Shown here: one piece after another, positions 36,700-49,911 of the stretch
How positions within the stretch are numbered: the stretch's first letter is position 1
Layout of the letters: the number at the start of each line of letters is the position of its first letter
DNA from: Mobula hypostoma
Lineage: Eukaryota
Length of the DNA: 64,000 nt
NCBI RefSeq assembly: GCF_963921235.1
Contig: NC_086097.1
Span: forward strand, 184,762,001 to 184,826,000
Reading direction: 5' to 3'
Translations under genes and position numbers: made by a program
Notes under the pieces: model-generated
The model's input: only the letters and a program-made list of their open reading frames with translations
Database searches by the model: none
What the model was told of the DNA's origin: nothing

Positions 36700-39000
36700 A
36701 GTATGATATGGGGCCACATTTCTGCTGTGCATTTCCCTGAGAACATCTGCTCCCAATTAATGGTCCCAAGCTTCTGCCTAATAACATCATTTTATTCCTT
36801 ACTCCAATTATATGTTTTCCCAAATTGTCTGCTCCTATCCCTCTCCTGCGCTATGGTGAAGGAGATAGAATTGTGATCACTACCTTCAAAATGTTCTCCA
36901 ACCAAGAGATCTGACACCTGACCAAGTTTGTTTCCCAATACCAGGTCAAGTACAGCCTCTCCTCTTAATTGGCGTATCTACATATTGTCAGGAAACCTTC
37001 CCGAACACACCTAACAAACTCCACCCCATCCAAACCCTTTGCTCTAAGGAGATGCCAGTCAATATTAGGGAAGTTAAAACCACCCATCACAACAACTGTA
37101 TTATTATTGCACCATTCCAGAAGCTGCCCCCCTATCTGTTGCTTGACGTCTCTGTTACTATTGAGGTCTATAAAAAGCATCCAGTAGAGTTATTGCCCCC
37201 TTCCTATTTCTGACTTCCACCCACACTGACTCAGTAGGAGATCTCTCCTTGACTTCTTCCTTTTCTGCAGCCGTGATACTATTCCTGATTTGCGATTGTA
37301 TCCCCTCCCTCTTTTGCCTCCCTCCCTCTCCCTTTTGAAACCCTAAAGCCCAGCGTACTCAGCAGCTATTCCTGCCCCGGGACATAATGGCCACAACACT
37401 ATGGTTCCACATATTGATCCATGCTCTTAACTTCTGTCTTGTTTATGACACTCCTTGCGTTAAAATTGACACATTTCAAACCATCTGGCTGAGTGCACCT
37501 TTGCTCTGTATCTGTCCATCCTTCCTCACAAACTCCCTACAAGCTGGCTCTGTTTGTGAGCCAACCACCCCATCCTATTCTTCTTCACTTCAGTTCCCAC
37601 CCTTCTGAAAGTCTAGTTTAAATGCTCTCCAAAAGCATTAGCAAACCTCCCTCCCAGGATATTGGATCTCCTCCAATTCAGGTGCAACCGTCCCACTTGC
37701 ATCGGTCACCCTTTCCCCAGAAAAGGTTTCAATGCTCGAGGAACTTGAAACCCTGCACCATCTCTTCAGCCACTCATTTGTCTGCACTATCTTCCTGTTC
37801 TGACCTTCCCTAGGTCATAGCACTGGGAGTAATCTGGAGATGACCACCTTGGAGGTCCCACTCTTCAGCCTCCTTCCTAATTCCCTGAACTTACTACCCC
37901 TCTCCTGCCTATGTCATGGGTACCAATACGTACTACACCTCTGACTGCTCACCCTCCTCTTCAAGGATATTCTGCAACTGCTAAAAGACATCCTGGACGT
38001 TAGTCTGAGGAGTCAACACCCTATCCTCATGTTTCTTTTGCTGCCACAGAATCTCCTACCTGTCCTCCTAACTATTGAGTCCCCTATGACTATTGCTTCG
38101 CCTGACTTCACCCTACCCTTCTGAGGCTCGGAGCCAACCACAGTGCTATTGGTCTGGCTGCTGCTGCCTTGCTCAGATAGGTCATCCCCCACAGCAGTAT
38201 CCAAGGGGATATACCTGTTGCTGAGGAGAATGGCCACAGAGAGAACCTGCACTGACTTTTTTCTCCCTTTACCTCTCTTGGTGTTGACCCTACTTCCTGA
38301 ATTCTGCACTCTGGTTGTAACCACCTGCTCATAAGTCTGATCTACCAATTGCTCTGCCTCCCAGATGATTCTCAGTGCATCCAGCTCCAGCTCCAGCTCC
38401 TTAATGTGGTCTTTCAGGAGCTGGAGTTGGCTGCACTTCCCGCAGATGTAGTCATCGGGGAGACCATCAGGTTCCGTGAATTCTCACATCCTACAGGAGG
38501 ATCATTCCATTGCCATGTCTGCCATCCTGCCTGCACTATACAATGGACAAGCAAGACCAAATCAGCAATAATGAATGGAAAGACCTACCCTTCCTACCTG
38601 TTTCTTTGGCCTCAGCCTCTTCTCATTGAAGCCTCTGCTTTCCACCTCTGACTCTAGCCCCCACTCCAATGATGGCCGCTCTAACACTGGCCACTTCGCT
38701 AGACCCTGTCTCGCTATTATGGTTTAAAAAATAAGAAAGAAAACACATAAGAAGAAAGAACTTACTGCGTTTGGTGGTGTTCTGCCCGCCTTGCTGTGCC
38801 ACCGATGCCTCTGACATTTCCTGCACCTGCACTCTGGCTACTGTACTTAAGGAAAATCGCCCACGCAAGGAGAAAGAACTCATCGCGTTTGGTGGTGTTC
38901 TGCCTGCCTTCCGCACTCATGATGACTCTGACGCCTCCCACACCTGTGTACTGGCTACGGTTTTTAAGAAAAACCCCAATGCAAGGAGAAAGAACTCACC
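36700..39000 (-). mobile_element. CR1 5' half (5'UTR, ORF1, APE)
   Basis: AIVIGDSIVR..RFCG; LSNRY.PLD; VVMGGFNFPNIDW. Confidence 0.85.
38745..39000. repeat. Tandem duplication of about 120 bp at the CR1 5' end
   Basis: AGAAAGAACT...GCGTTTGGTGGTGTTCTGCC occurs twice, and AGAAAGAACT a third time. Confidence 0.85.
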
Positions 39001-39004
39001 TTGT

Positions 39005-39545
39005 TATAGTTATAGAAATATAATTATAAAAGCAATCCTTAAAACTCAATGTGCTATTGAGTATCGCCATACATATATGATTAGCTTATAGACATAAACT
39101 GCTTGTATGTACATAAAGTGATGCTAGATGCAGGAGTAACTGAACATTACGTGACTCTGACCGGAAATAATAAGTGACAAAGTGACTCTTGGCAAGAGGA
39201 CCTCTCTGGGTAGCAGCAGGTTGTAGGAAAACACAACAGGACAGTTACTACCACTGTAGGTATAGGTATGAAGTGTAGTGTGTAAGAGTAAGATGGCAAT
39301 ACATGGGAGAGTGAAGGTTTCTGAGGGGCTGTGGAGAGGAATGGCTGGTATGAATGGAGTGCTGTTGGATGGTGGTGAGTGGGTTAATGGGTGGAGGTGT
39401 TGATCAGCTTGATGGCTTAGGGAAAGTGACTGTTTTTGAGCCTAGTGTTTCTGGCATGGGTGTTGTGTAGCTTCTTCCCTGATGGCAATAGGACGAACAG
39501 TGTAGGTGGGATCCTTCGTGATATTGTAGTCCTTTTTCCGCACTT
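39005..39545 (-). mobile_element. Old Rex1/Babar-type 3' fragment
   Basis: LFVLLPSGK..ARNTRLKNS.FP. Confidence 0.6.
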
Positions 39546-41129
39546 TATGAATGTGACAAGCATTCTTTGATTTAGAGCAGGTGTTGATAAATCAATATGG
39601 ATGTTTTGGTACAACGTATTTCTGTAAACAAAGTCTGACTCACTTTGTAGACAAGTGTCCAAAGTGTAAGTTGTCTTATAATGAAAATCCATCAATCAAG
39701 CATTCATAATTTGAAGAATCCCTGTACAAAATCTCCAAAGTGTGCAACGTGCCAAGGAATTTTGTCTTCATTTCAAATCTTTTACAAAAACTGCTTGTTT
39801 CTTGACATACTGCTAGGAAGAAGGACCTGATAACAGTGTCGAGGCAATAGAAGTTGTAGAAAGATTTTCCTCACTTAACTATTTGGACTACTTCAGAGGT
39901 CAAAGCAAACCACAATGAGGCTAACATTTCACACCTGAGTCTTTCCAGAATGGAACTAAAGACTTAATAGATAATTGGGAGATGACCAATACTCTCAGCT
40001 GCAAAAAAAAGTCTGTGCATGTTTCATTCTCTCTAATATGAAAACAATATTTGAGACCAGTACACAACTTCACAAGAATTGCAGCTACCATTCTTTGCAG
40101 GCAATGCATTGTGATTTGGAGGTGTGTTACCACCTGGGTCGCCCAGAGAGGGACATGTGTGTAGCCATACCCTCTGGATGTCTGGCAGTAGCACAATCTT
40201 TCTCACCAGATGCCACAGGCCACTTATACCCATTGAACCACCTTGTGCAGATCCCACCTCAGCCAGCTCCAACTGACATGCAGCTTTGATATTGTGTCAA
40301 ATCAAATGACGACTGCCTTCATCTTCACTCTTGTCTTGGGCTTCTACCACTGCCTGGCCAGGTCACAGGCCCTAGCTAACTAGAAGAATATAGACATAGG
40401 AATTTGTTAAGAGAAGTGGTGCCTCTGTACATTATCTGTCCCGATTGTTTAATCATAGATATATAGAATTGTTACAGTATAGAAGATGCACCTTTAGCAA
40501 ATCCAATTTGAGCATGCTCTTGATCAAGTTATCCAGTCAGCCCCATTCCCCCGCTCTTTCCACAGAAGCTTACAAATTATTCCATTACAAGTATCTCTCC
40601 AACTATTCTTCAAAAACTATGTTTAATTCTATTTCCATCAAAAAGGACATGAGTCCAGATCAGAAACAATGCCTATACAAATAAATTTTACCTTGTATTC
40701 CGTCACCATCTTTTATCCACGCTTTAAATCTGTGCTCTAGATCAGAATTGGCAGCAATGCTCCAATGGCCTTCCCCATGTTTCTACACAACCTTTCTGAT
40801 TTTCTAGATGATATCTCTGTTTAAGAAGATCATAGACATACCATTCACACTCATCATATCCTGCCACTTGCAAATATTGATGCACAGATGCTTTAAGCCC
40901 TTCCGTTCCAGCTTCCAGTACATCATTTAGAAACGTGCCATGTACTTTTTATTGACTTATCAATCTTTCTGCTGAAATGCATCACGACCTCTCTAATTTC
41001 ATCTGCTATTCCTTTGCCCGTTCTGCCAGACTATCCATGACTCCTGATGTATATTACTGTTCATTATTTAGCTCTCCACAAAGTTTTCTACCCTCTGAAA
41101 ATGTTGAAATTTGACTCTGCATCCTCATT

Positions 41130-42385
41130 GACATAGAGCATTATATAAAACTAACCCCTTTTGTCTGCTCATGATCCGTATCCTTCTATTTCCCAGATAT
41201 TCATGTGCCTCTATAAAAGCCTTACTACTGTAGCCTTACATTAAAGCCTTAAGCATCACTACTGTATCGGATTTCACCAGCTTTAGCAGAAGGTTCCAGG
41301 CATCCATCACCCCCGTGTAAAAAACAAAAAAATACTCGGCCCACTCATCTCCTTTAAACTTTTCCCCTATCAACTTAAACTTTGTGATGGTATTGGGTTT
41401 GCTAACCACAAAGTTTTAAACCCAAACAAAGACCTTAAGCCCTATCAGATATAAATAACAATGTGTACTCTCACTAAAGAGAGATTAAACTGCAACTACC
41501 CAATCGTCAAAGATTAGCTCACTTCCCTGTTTATTCTCTGCAGCGAGTTTAGCTGCTAATGCCCACTATATGAGTGGTGGGTCCCCTCTCTCTTTACCAA
41601 AGAGAAGATATTTCCAGCTAACATAGTTTAAAACCAGTTCATTTATTTTCAATGATACACATTTAAATCTAAACGTTCTAAAAACACATGTAAAACTCAC
41701 AAAGGATTTCTATCTTAAACATTTTCAAATTACAAACCATTTATAAAACACAAAGCATTTTTCACACACAAAGGATTTCTAAAACACATGTGTAACTCCT
41801 ATAAACTAAAAAGTCATACCAACGATGCATATGAACGAATTGTCCATTACAGAAACCAAAGCCAGAGGAATAGATTCTAGTTCACCCCATGTTTCTTCCA
41901 TGCTGCTTGATGTTCTTTTTTCCCATTTCTAATAAGCCTGAACTTCTGTCTAAATTTATACTGTTTCTTTGCCACATGGGTGACCGTATGGATATGATAA
42001 TACTCTTTTACAAAACAGTCTAAAAACTTTTTGAAGACATACAGTAGATCTCAGCTTTCCATTTCCATTTTAAGAACTGAAGACTGACTCCCATTTATGA
42101 CAAGATTATAAACAAGGAAATATTAGTTGGGAGCTCACTTACATTTGTTTGATCTTACAAGTGACATCTGCTAGGTTTTGAAAGTGAGTTTAGCAAACAT
42201 AAGCATTGACCTATCTATCACAGCTTATGCCCACTAGTATTTTGCACTTCTATCCTAGGAAAAAGATTCTTACTATCTATTCTAGATACTGTATGTCTGT
42301 TATGAATTTTATAAATATCTATCAGGTCTCCCATCAGCCTCTGATACTCCAGAGAAAACAATGCAAGGTTGTCCAACTTCTTGGA
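41130..42385 (-). mobile_element. CR1 3' fragment split by a solo LTR
   Basis: CR1 sequence is colinear across 41382/42223. Confidence 0.7.
41383..42222. mobile_element. Solo LTR (840 bp)
   Basis: TGTGAT...ATCACA inverted termini; 4-bp flanks ACTT/GCTT; cleanly interrupts a CR1. Confidence 0.8.
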
Positions 42386-42389
42386 CCAA

Positions 42390-43430
42390 AAGACCATAAG
42401 ACACAGGAGCAGAATTAGACCATTCAACCCATCGAATCTACTCTGCCATTCCAACATGGTTGCTCTATTCCCCTCTCAACTCCATTCTCCTGCCTTCTCC
42501 CCATAAGTTTTCATGCCCTGGATAATCGAGAACCAGTCAATCTCCACCTTAAATACACAATGACCTGGCCTCCACAGCCATCTGTGGTAAGGAATTCTAC
42601 ATCTTCACCACCCACTGGCTGAAGAGATTCCTCCTCATCTCTGTTCCAAATGGATGTCCCTCACTCAGGAGCTGTGCACTTTGATCCTAGACTCCCCCAC
42701 TATAAAAAAATCCTCTCAACAGCTAGTCGTCAAAATCTTTCAGTATGCAATAGGTTCAATGAGACCCTACTTATCCTTCTAAACTCCAGCGAGTTCAGTC
42801 CCAGAGCCATCAAATGCTCCTCATATGATAACCCTTTCTTTCACAGAATAATTTTCATGAACTTCCTCTGAACCCTTTCCAACAGCAGCACATCCTTTGT
42901 CAGATAAGTGGCCCAAGACTGTTCACAATACTCCAGGTGAGGTCTCGCCAGTGCCTTTTAAAGCTTCAGAATTACATCCCTTGTTTTTATATTCTGCCGG
43001 CTAATGGTGTAGTGGCATTAGCGCCGAACTTCGGAGCGAAGGCACCCAAGTTCGAATCCAGCTGAATTCCTTGTATGCTTTCTATCCGTGCTGGGTTGAG
43101 CGTCGAGCTAGCAAATCGACCTCATAAAAGTAAGAAAGCCTGCTGAAAAACACAAAACACACCGTCATGACAGCGTCCCGATGACTCCACTCGGAGTTAA
43201 GGACTTTTTTCTTCTTCTTCTTCTTCTTCTTCTTCTTCTTCTTCTTCTTCTTCTTCTTCTTCTTCTTCTTCTTCTTCTTCATTGGAAATTAATGTTAACA
43301 CAGTATTTGTCTTCCTCACCACCGACTCAACCTGCAAGCTAATCTTCAGTGAATCCTGCACGAGTACTTCCAAGTCCCTTTGTGCCCTGGATTTTTGAAT
43401 TTTCTCCCTGATAAGAAAATAGTCTGCAAG
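42390..43430 (-). mobile_element. CR1 3' fragment, interrupted by a SINE
   Basis: CATAAGAC-type tail; antisense ORF2 C-terminus. Confidence 0.85.
42996..43280 (+). mobile_element. tRNA-derived SINE with a long (CTT)n tail
   Basis: Box A TGGTGTAGTGG, box B AGTTCGAATCC; (CTT)n at 43211-43280; inserted in CR1. Confidence 0.82.
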
Positions 43431-43897
43431 TGTGGCCTAACCAAAGTTTATATGAGAAAATGCAATGGTCCCAGTACTGACTTCAGAGAACACCTCTGTG
43501 TACCTTTAGTAAACGGCAAAGCAATTGTTTAGCACACTTTCCCCTTCTGTCCCAATTCCTATTTATTTTTTTGCTATTCCATGGGCATCATATTAGCTAA
43601 CAGTGGCACTTTATCAAACAAACTGAAAATACATATAAATTCAATTGACTATATTCCCTCAAAAACTTCCTCTGTAGCAACATAGTATTATTCCTAGCTA
43701 TGCTGTGACTGAAGTATTTTAGATGGAACAGTAAGCTTCAATTTATAGGGAGGAAATAAGCAACATACAATTTGTGAAGTCATTAGGTGTACAACTGACC
43801 CAGGGAAATTAGGACTGATTTCCTGACAGACAAAATTCCAAAGGAAGGTAAAAACTAAACTTTATCCACCACTGGATAAGGTGCTTTTATTAAATTT

Positions 43898-46800
43898 ATA
43901 GAAACAGAGAAAACCTACAGCACAATACAGGCCCTTTAGCCCACAATGCTGTGCCAAACACATACTTACTTTAGAAACAACCAGGGGTTACACATAGCCC
44001 TCTATTTTCCAAAGCTCCATGAATGCAGGAGGAGAAGATGGCGGCGCGACACAGCGCGCACAGCCTCTCCGGTGAAATGATATCGTATTTGTTAAATAGG
44101 GTATCGTGCACAATTCTGATTTGATGGAGACAGCCGTGAGAAGCATGGAGGAACATCTGGAGGAACTTCTGAAATGCCCGGTTCTCTGCCGCTGCTACTG
44201 TGCAATCGAGAATCTGCGGAGGGAAGGCCCCAAAATCCTCGGCTTTGCCTGCTGCTGGCAGCCGGGGCTGGGGTCGAAGCGCTCGGCAGAGATGGTGCTC
44301 GGTGCTTGGTGTCAGAGGGCTGGTCGGAGGCTCGAAGTTTTTGGCCGACTCAGAGTCGGACTTTGGTCAGGTATGACAGGAAGAGTTTTCTTCCTTCTCC
44401 CATCTGTGTGAGATATGGGACTTTCGAGAGACTTTGAACTTTTTTTACCGTGCTCATGGCCTGTTCTTCATCAAGTTATCTTACTGCTTGCACTGTTGTA
44501 ACTATATGTTATAATTATGTGGTTTTTGTCAGTTTTTCAGTCTTGGTCTGTCCTGTGTTTCTGTGATGTCACACGGGAGAAATATTGTATCATTTCTTAA
44601 TGCATGCATTACTAAATGACAATAAAAGAGTACTGCGTGTCCTCATAATCTAATCTAATCTAATCTAACCTATCCAGGAGTCTTTTAAAAGACCCTTTCA
44701 TATCTACCTCCAACACCGTCACTGGCAGCCAATTCCACGCACTCACAACGTTCTGCGTAAAAAGACTTACCCCTGACATCTTCTCTGTACCTACTTCCAA
44801 GCACCTTAAAACTATGTCCTCTCATGTTCGCCGTTTCAGCACCTGGGAAAAAGCCTTTGACTATCCACACAATCAAAGCCTCTCATCATCTTATACACCT
44901 CTGTCAAGGCACCATTCATCCTCCATCGCTCCAAGGAGAAAAGACCAACTTCACTCAACCTATTTTCATAAGTTATGCTCCCTAATCCAGGCAACATCCT
45001 TGTAAATCTCCTCTGCATACTTTCTATAGTTTCCATATCCTTCCTGTAGTGAGGTGACCAGAACTGAGCATAGTACTCCAAGTGGGGTCTGACCAGGGTC
45101 CTACATAGCTGTAACATTACCTCTCGGCTCTTAAACTCAATCCCAGGATTGATGAATGCCAATGCACCTTATGGCTTCTTAGCCACACAGTCAACCTGCG
45201 CAGCAGCTTTTTGTATCTAATGGACTCGGACCCCAAGATCCCTCTGATCCTCCACTCTGCAAAGAGTCTTATCATTAATACTATATTTTGCCATCATATT
45301 TGACCTACCAAAATGAACCACCTCACACTTATCTGGGTTGAATTCCATCTGCCAATTCTCAGTCCAGTTTTACATCCTATCGATGTCCTGCTGTAACCTC
45401 TGACAGCCCTCCACACTATCCACAACACCCCCAACCTTTGTGTCATCAGCAAATTTACTAACCCATCCCTCCACTTCCTCATCCAAGTCATTTATAAAAA
45501 TCACAAAGAGTAGGGGTCCCAGAACAGATCCCTGAAACACACCACTGGTCACCGACCTCTATGCAGAATACGACCCATCCACAACCACTCTTTGCCTTCT
45601 GTGTGCAAGCCAGTTCTGAATCCACAAAGCAATGTCCCTTGGATCCCACGCCTTCCTACTTTCTCAATAAGCCTTGCATGAGGTACCTTATCAAGTGCCT
45701 TGCTGAAATCCACATACACTACATCTACTGATCTACCTTCATCTATGTGTTTAGTCACATCCTCAGAAAAATTCAATCAGGCTCCTAAGTCACGGCCTGC
45801 CTTTGACAAAGCCATACTGACTATTCCTAATCATATTATGCCTCTCGAAATGTTCATAAATCCTGCCTCTCAGGATATTTTCCATCAACTTACTAACCAC
45901 TGAAGTAAGACTCACTAGTCTATAATTTCCTGGGCTATTTCTATTCCCTTCCTTGAATCATGGAACAACATCTGCAACCCTCCAATCCTCTGGAACCTCT
46001 CCCGTCCCCATTGATGATGCAAAGATCATTGCCAGAGGCTCAGCAATCTCCTCCCTCACCTCCCACAGTAGCCTGGGGTACATCTCATCTGGTCCCGGTG
46101 ACTTATTCAACTTGATGCTTTCCAAAAGTTCCAGCACATCACTTTCTTAACATCTATATGCTCAAGCTTTTAAATCCGCTATAAGTCATTCCTACAATCG
46201 CCAAGATCCTTTTCCATAGTGAATACGGAAGCAAAATATTCATTAAGTACTTTTGCTATCTCCTCTGGTTCCATACACACTTTTCCACTGGCACACTTGA
46301 TTGGCCTTATTCTCTCATGTCTTATCCTCTTGCTCTTCACATACTTCTAGAATGCCTTGGGGTTTTCCTTAATCCTGCTTGCCAAGGCCTTCTGATGGCC
46401 CATTCTGGCTCTCCTAATTTCATTCTTAAGTTCCTTCCTGCTAGCTTCATAATCTTCTCGATCTCTATCATTACCTAGCTTTTTTTTCTCTTGATTAGAT
46501 TTTCAACAGCCTTTGTAAATATGGTTCCTGTACCCTACCATCCTTTCCTTGTCTCATTAGAACATACCTATGCAGAACACCACACAAATATCCCCTGAAC
46601 CTTTGCCACATTTCTGCTGTGGATTTCCCTGAGAACATCTGCTCTCAATTTATGCTTCCAAGTTCCTGCCTGATAGCTTCCCCTTACTCCACTTAAACAC
46701 TTTTCCAGCTTGTCTGTTCTTATCCCTCTCCAATGTGATCACTATCTCCAAAATGCTTTCCCACTGAGAGATCTGACACCTGACCAGGTTCATTTCCCAA

Positions 46801-47832
46801 TACCAGATCGAGTACAGCCTCTCCTCTTGTAGGCTTATCTACATAGTGTGTCAGGAAACTTTCCTCAACACACCTAACAAACTCCATCGCATCTAAACCC
46901 CTTGCTCTAGGGATATGCTAATCAATATTTGGGAAATTAAAATCTCTCCCACCATGACAACCATGTCATTATTACACTTTTCCAGAATCTGTCTCCCTAT
47001 CTGCTCCTCGGTGTCCCTGTTACTATTGGGTGGTCTATAAAAAACACCCAGTAGAGTTAGTGACCCCTTCCTGTTCCCAACTTCCACCCACAGAGGCTCT
47101 GTAGACAATCCCTCCTTGATTTCCTCCTTTTCTGCAGCCATGACACTATGTCTGATCAGCAGTGCCACACCCCCACCTATTTTGCCTCTCTGACTGTCCT
47201 TTCTGAAACTTCTAAAGCCTGGCACTCTAAGTAACCATTCCTGCCCATGAGCCATCCAAATCTCTGTAATGGCCACAACACCATAGCTCCAAGTACTGAT
47301 CCAGGCTCTACGCTCATCCGCTTTGTTCATGATGCTTCTTGCATTAAAATAGACACATCTCAAAACATTGGTCTGAGTGTATCCCTTCTCGATCACTTGC
47401 CTATCCTCCCTCTCGCACTGTCTCCAAGCTTTCTTTATTTGTAAGCCAACCGCCTCTTCCTCCATCTCTTCAATTCGGTTCCCATCACATAGCAATTCTA
47501 GTTTAAACTCTCCCCAACAGCCTTAGCAAACCTCCTTGCCAGGGTTGTGGTCCCCCTCGGATTCAAGGGCAACCCATCCTTTTTGTACTCGTCGCGCCTG
47601 TCCTAAAAGAGGTTCCAGTGATCCAGAAATCTGAATCCCTGCCCCCTGCTCCAACCCCTCAGCCACGCATTTATCCTCCACCTCATTCTATTCCTATTCT
47701 CACTGTCGCGTGGCACAGGCAGTAATCCTGAGATCACAACCTTTGTGGTCCTGTTTCTCAACTTCCTTCCTAACTACCTGTAGTCTGTTTTCAGGACCTC
47801 CTCCCTTTTCCTACCTTTGTCATTGGTACCAA
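43898..47832 (-). mobile_element. Long CR1 (end of ORF1 and nearly all of ORF2), interrupted at 44028-44668
   Basis: [41 protein letters not shown] and RPHLEY motifs. Confidence 0.93.
44028..44668 (+). mobile_element. Non-autonomous SINE-like retroposon of about 640 bp (copy 2)
   Basis: Head GGAGGAGAAGATGGCGGCG; tail (TAATC)4; cleanly interrupts CR1. Confidence 0.88.
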
Positions 47833-48825
47833 TATATACACAATATGCATAAAAATGGCTGCTACTTTCTAGGATTCCACTCTAGGTAATATCACAATTG
47901 CTATACGGGGCTATTCTTTGGGTAGTAGCTTTCTACCAAATGATTTAGGTGACGCAAAAAGACTTTTAAACTTTATTGTGCTCATTAATTCAATTTTGCA
48001 CACTTCACATTGCTGGTTGTGTATAATTAAATCTGTATGATTGGCCTTTTATTCGTCATACCCGCCATCAGTTTAATTATAGAGGATACTGCTCTGTCAT
48101 GTAAGCTCTACAATGAAACACAATTTATCTGTCAAATACAGAGTATTCTTTAAAGGGGTCTGCTTGCTCCTTCAGGTATCTGTCATTCAGATTTACTACA
48201 CAGTGTGGTAGCAGAGGCCATAATGTTTCATTTGTCATCTTCATTGCTGTACTCAGTTGGATATGACTTTTGAAACAACCAGGAGGGATCATCTTAACCC
48301 TTTGTTCTGACACCAACTGATTTATGGGATCCAACTATGTTCATTCATATGTTGTTGATAACAGAGCATCTGGTTAGTATTCTAGATGTTTAGACAATAG
48401 AGGGTAGAACGTAAGGCTGACTGTGTTATCAGGCAGTGCTAAGCTGTTCATTTGGCATTCATGTACTATAATACTGAAGGTATTAACCTGTTTGTTAACA
48501 CTTCAGTTAAAATAGTAGGCAGCAGATTCTCAAATCATTCTGTTAGTGCTTGTAGCTGTAATCAATACTAATTTCTAGTCGTCTTTCCTTCTCACCTTTT
48601 GTGTAGCTGGTTATACCATTTTTAGCTTGATTTAGAATTTGGTATTAGTGAAACACAACTTAATTCCACTTTCCAAGATTTAACAGAACACTCCCCTTCT
48701 TGCTAATCAGTGATGCCTCATAAAGTTATATCTATATTGATCTATTACTCACATGGATGCAGACATTGTTAGAGGAAGCTATAGTGCTGCCCTTCATTGT
48801 TTCTGTTCTGACACATCTCCCTCCT

Positions 48826-49215
48826 GGGGGGGGGGGCGCGTTAGAGATACAGTACATCTCCACCAAAGGAGGTGAAAGGCACTCCTTCCCTGCACTAGCC
48901 TGCAGGTCTCCCTTGGGCAAGGTGCAGCACCTGCTTAGCCCCATGATCAGGGTCACGGGAAGCCATAGCAGCAGGTGGTGAATGGTCGTATGAGCAGCTG
49001 GTGCATACCACTGGTACTCGTTATGTTACCATTACCATGCAGAAAATCTCAAAAGAGTTTTGATAAGGGCTGGGATCACACGTCTTGTAAAGACACTGCC
49101 CAGAAGAAGACAATGTCAAACCACTTCTGTAGAAAAATTAACCAAGAACAATCATGGTCATGGAAACACCATGATCGGCCTTGTCATACGAAATGGTATG
49201 TAACAAACAAACAAA
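48826..49215 (+). mobile_element. Non-autonomous retroposon, probably RTE-derived
   Basis: Poly-G start; GAAGAAGACAATGTCAAACCACTTCTG resembles the RTE/BovA-type segment; (ACAA)n tail. Confidence 0.55.
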
Positions 49216-49229
49216 TGGACCCTCCTATC

Positions 49230-49740
49230 CAGTACTGAAGTATTAAATGTTGTTAATATACGTGCCTCATCCACTTCCTCTGGCAGATCATTCCATCTAC
49301 TACCAACCTCTGGGTAAAAAAACTGCACTCATGTTCCAATTAAATCTTTTCCCTTTTTACCCTAAACCTATGCCCTCTAGTTCTAGTTCATCAGAAAAAG
49401 TTTGAGTGGATTCATCTTATCGATGTATGACCTCTTTATTTTATACATCTCTATAAGTTCACCCCTCGATCTTCTACACTGAAGTCAATAATATCCAGCC
49501 TATTCGACCTCTCTTCACAACTCAGTTACTTGAGTCTGGGCAACATCCTTGTAAGTCTCATAGAACAAGGAGCATAGAATACAGAATTGTAGAGCACAGG
49601 GACAGGCACTTCAGCCCTCTATGGTTGTCCCAAGTAATTAAGCTAATAACATCTAATTAAATTAATCTTTCTACCTGCACATGGTAAATATCTCTCCATT
49701 TTCTTCAAATACTTGTATCGAAGAGCCCTGTAAACGTCTT
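49230..49740 (-). mobile_element. Old CR1 3' fragments
   Basis: Antisense similarity to other CR1 3' ends in the window. Confidence 0.6.
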
Positions 49741-49911
49741 TGTGTTATCAGTAGTAGCAAAGCTGCTTTGATGGAGACTGTAAACCCCTGCAGCCCCTCG
49801 TTATCCTCTGCATTGGAGCCTCCAAACTAGGCTGCAATGCAACCAGAATCGTTGAGATATAGTGAATCTCCTCAAACTCCTAATGAAGTTGAGGCACCAG
49901 CAAGCCTTCTT

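Noticed and set aside
42996..43070. tRNA gene
   Set aside because: The acceptor stem is poorly paired and the sequence continues into a SINE body and tail inside a CR1.
43082..43282. Poly-lysine ORF
   Set aside because: It is the antisense translation of the (CTT)n SINE tail.
48125..48334. 69-aa ORF in unique DNA
   Set aside because: Non-ATG start, no convincing splice signals and no recognisable domain.
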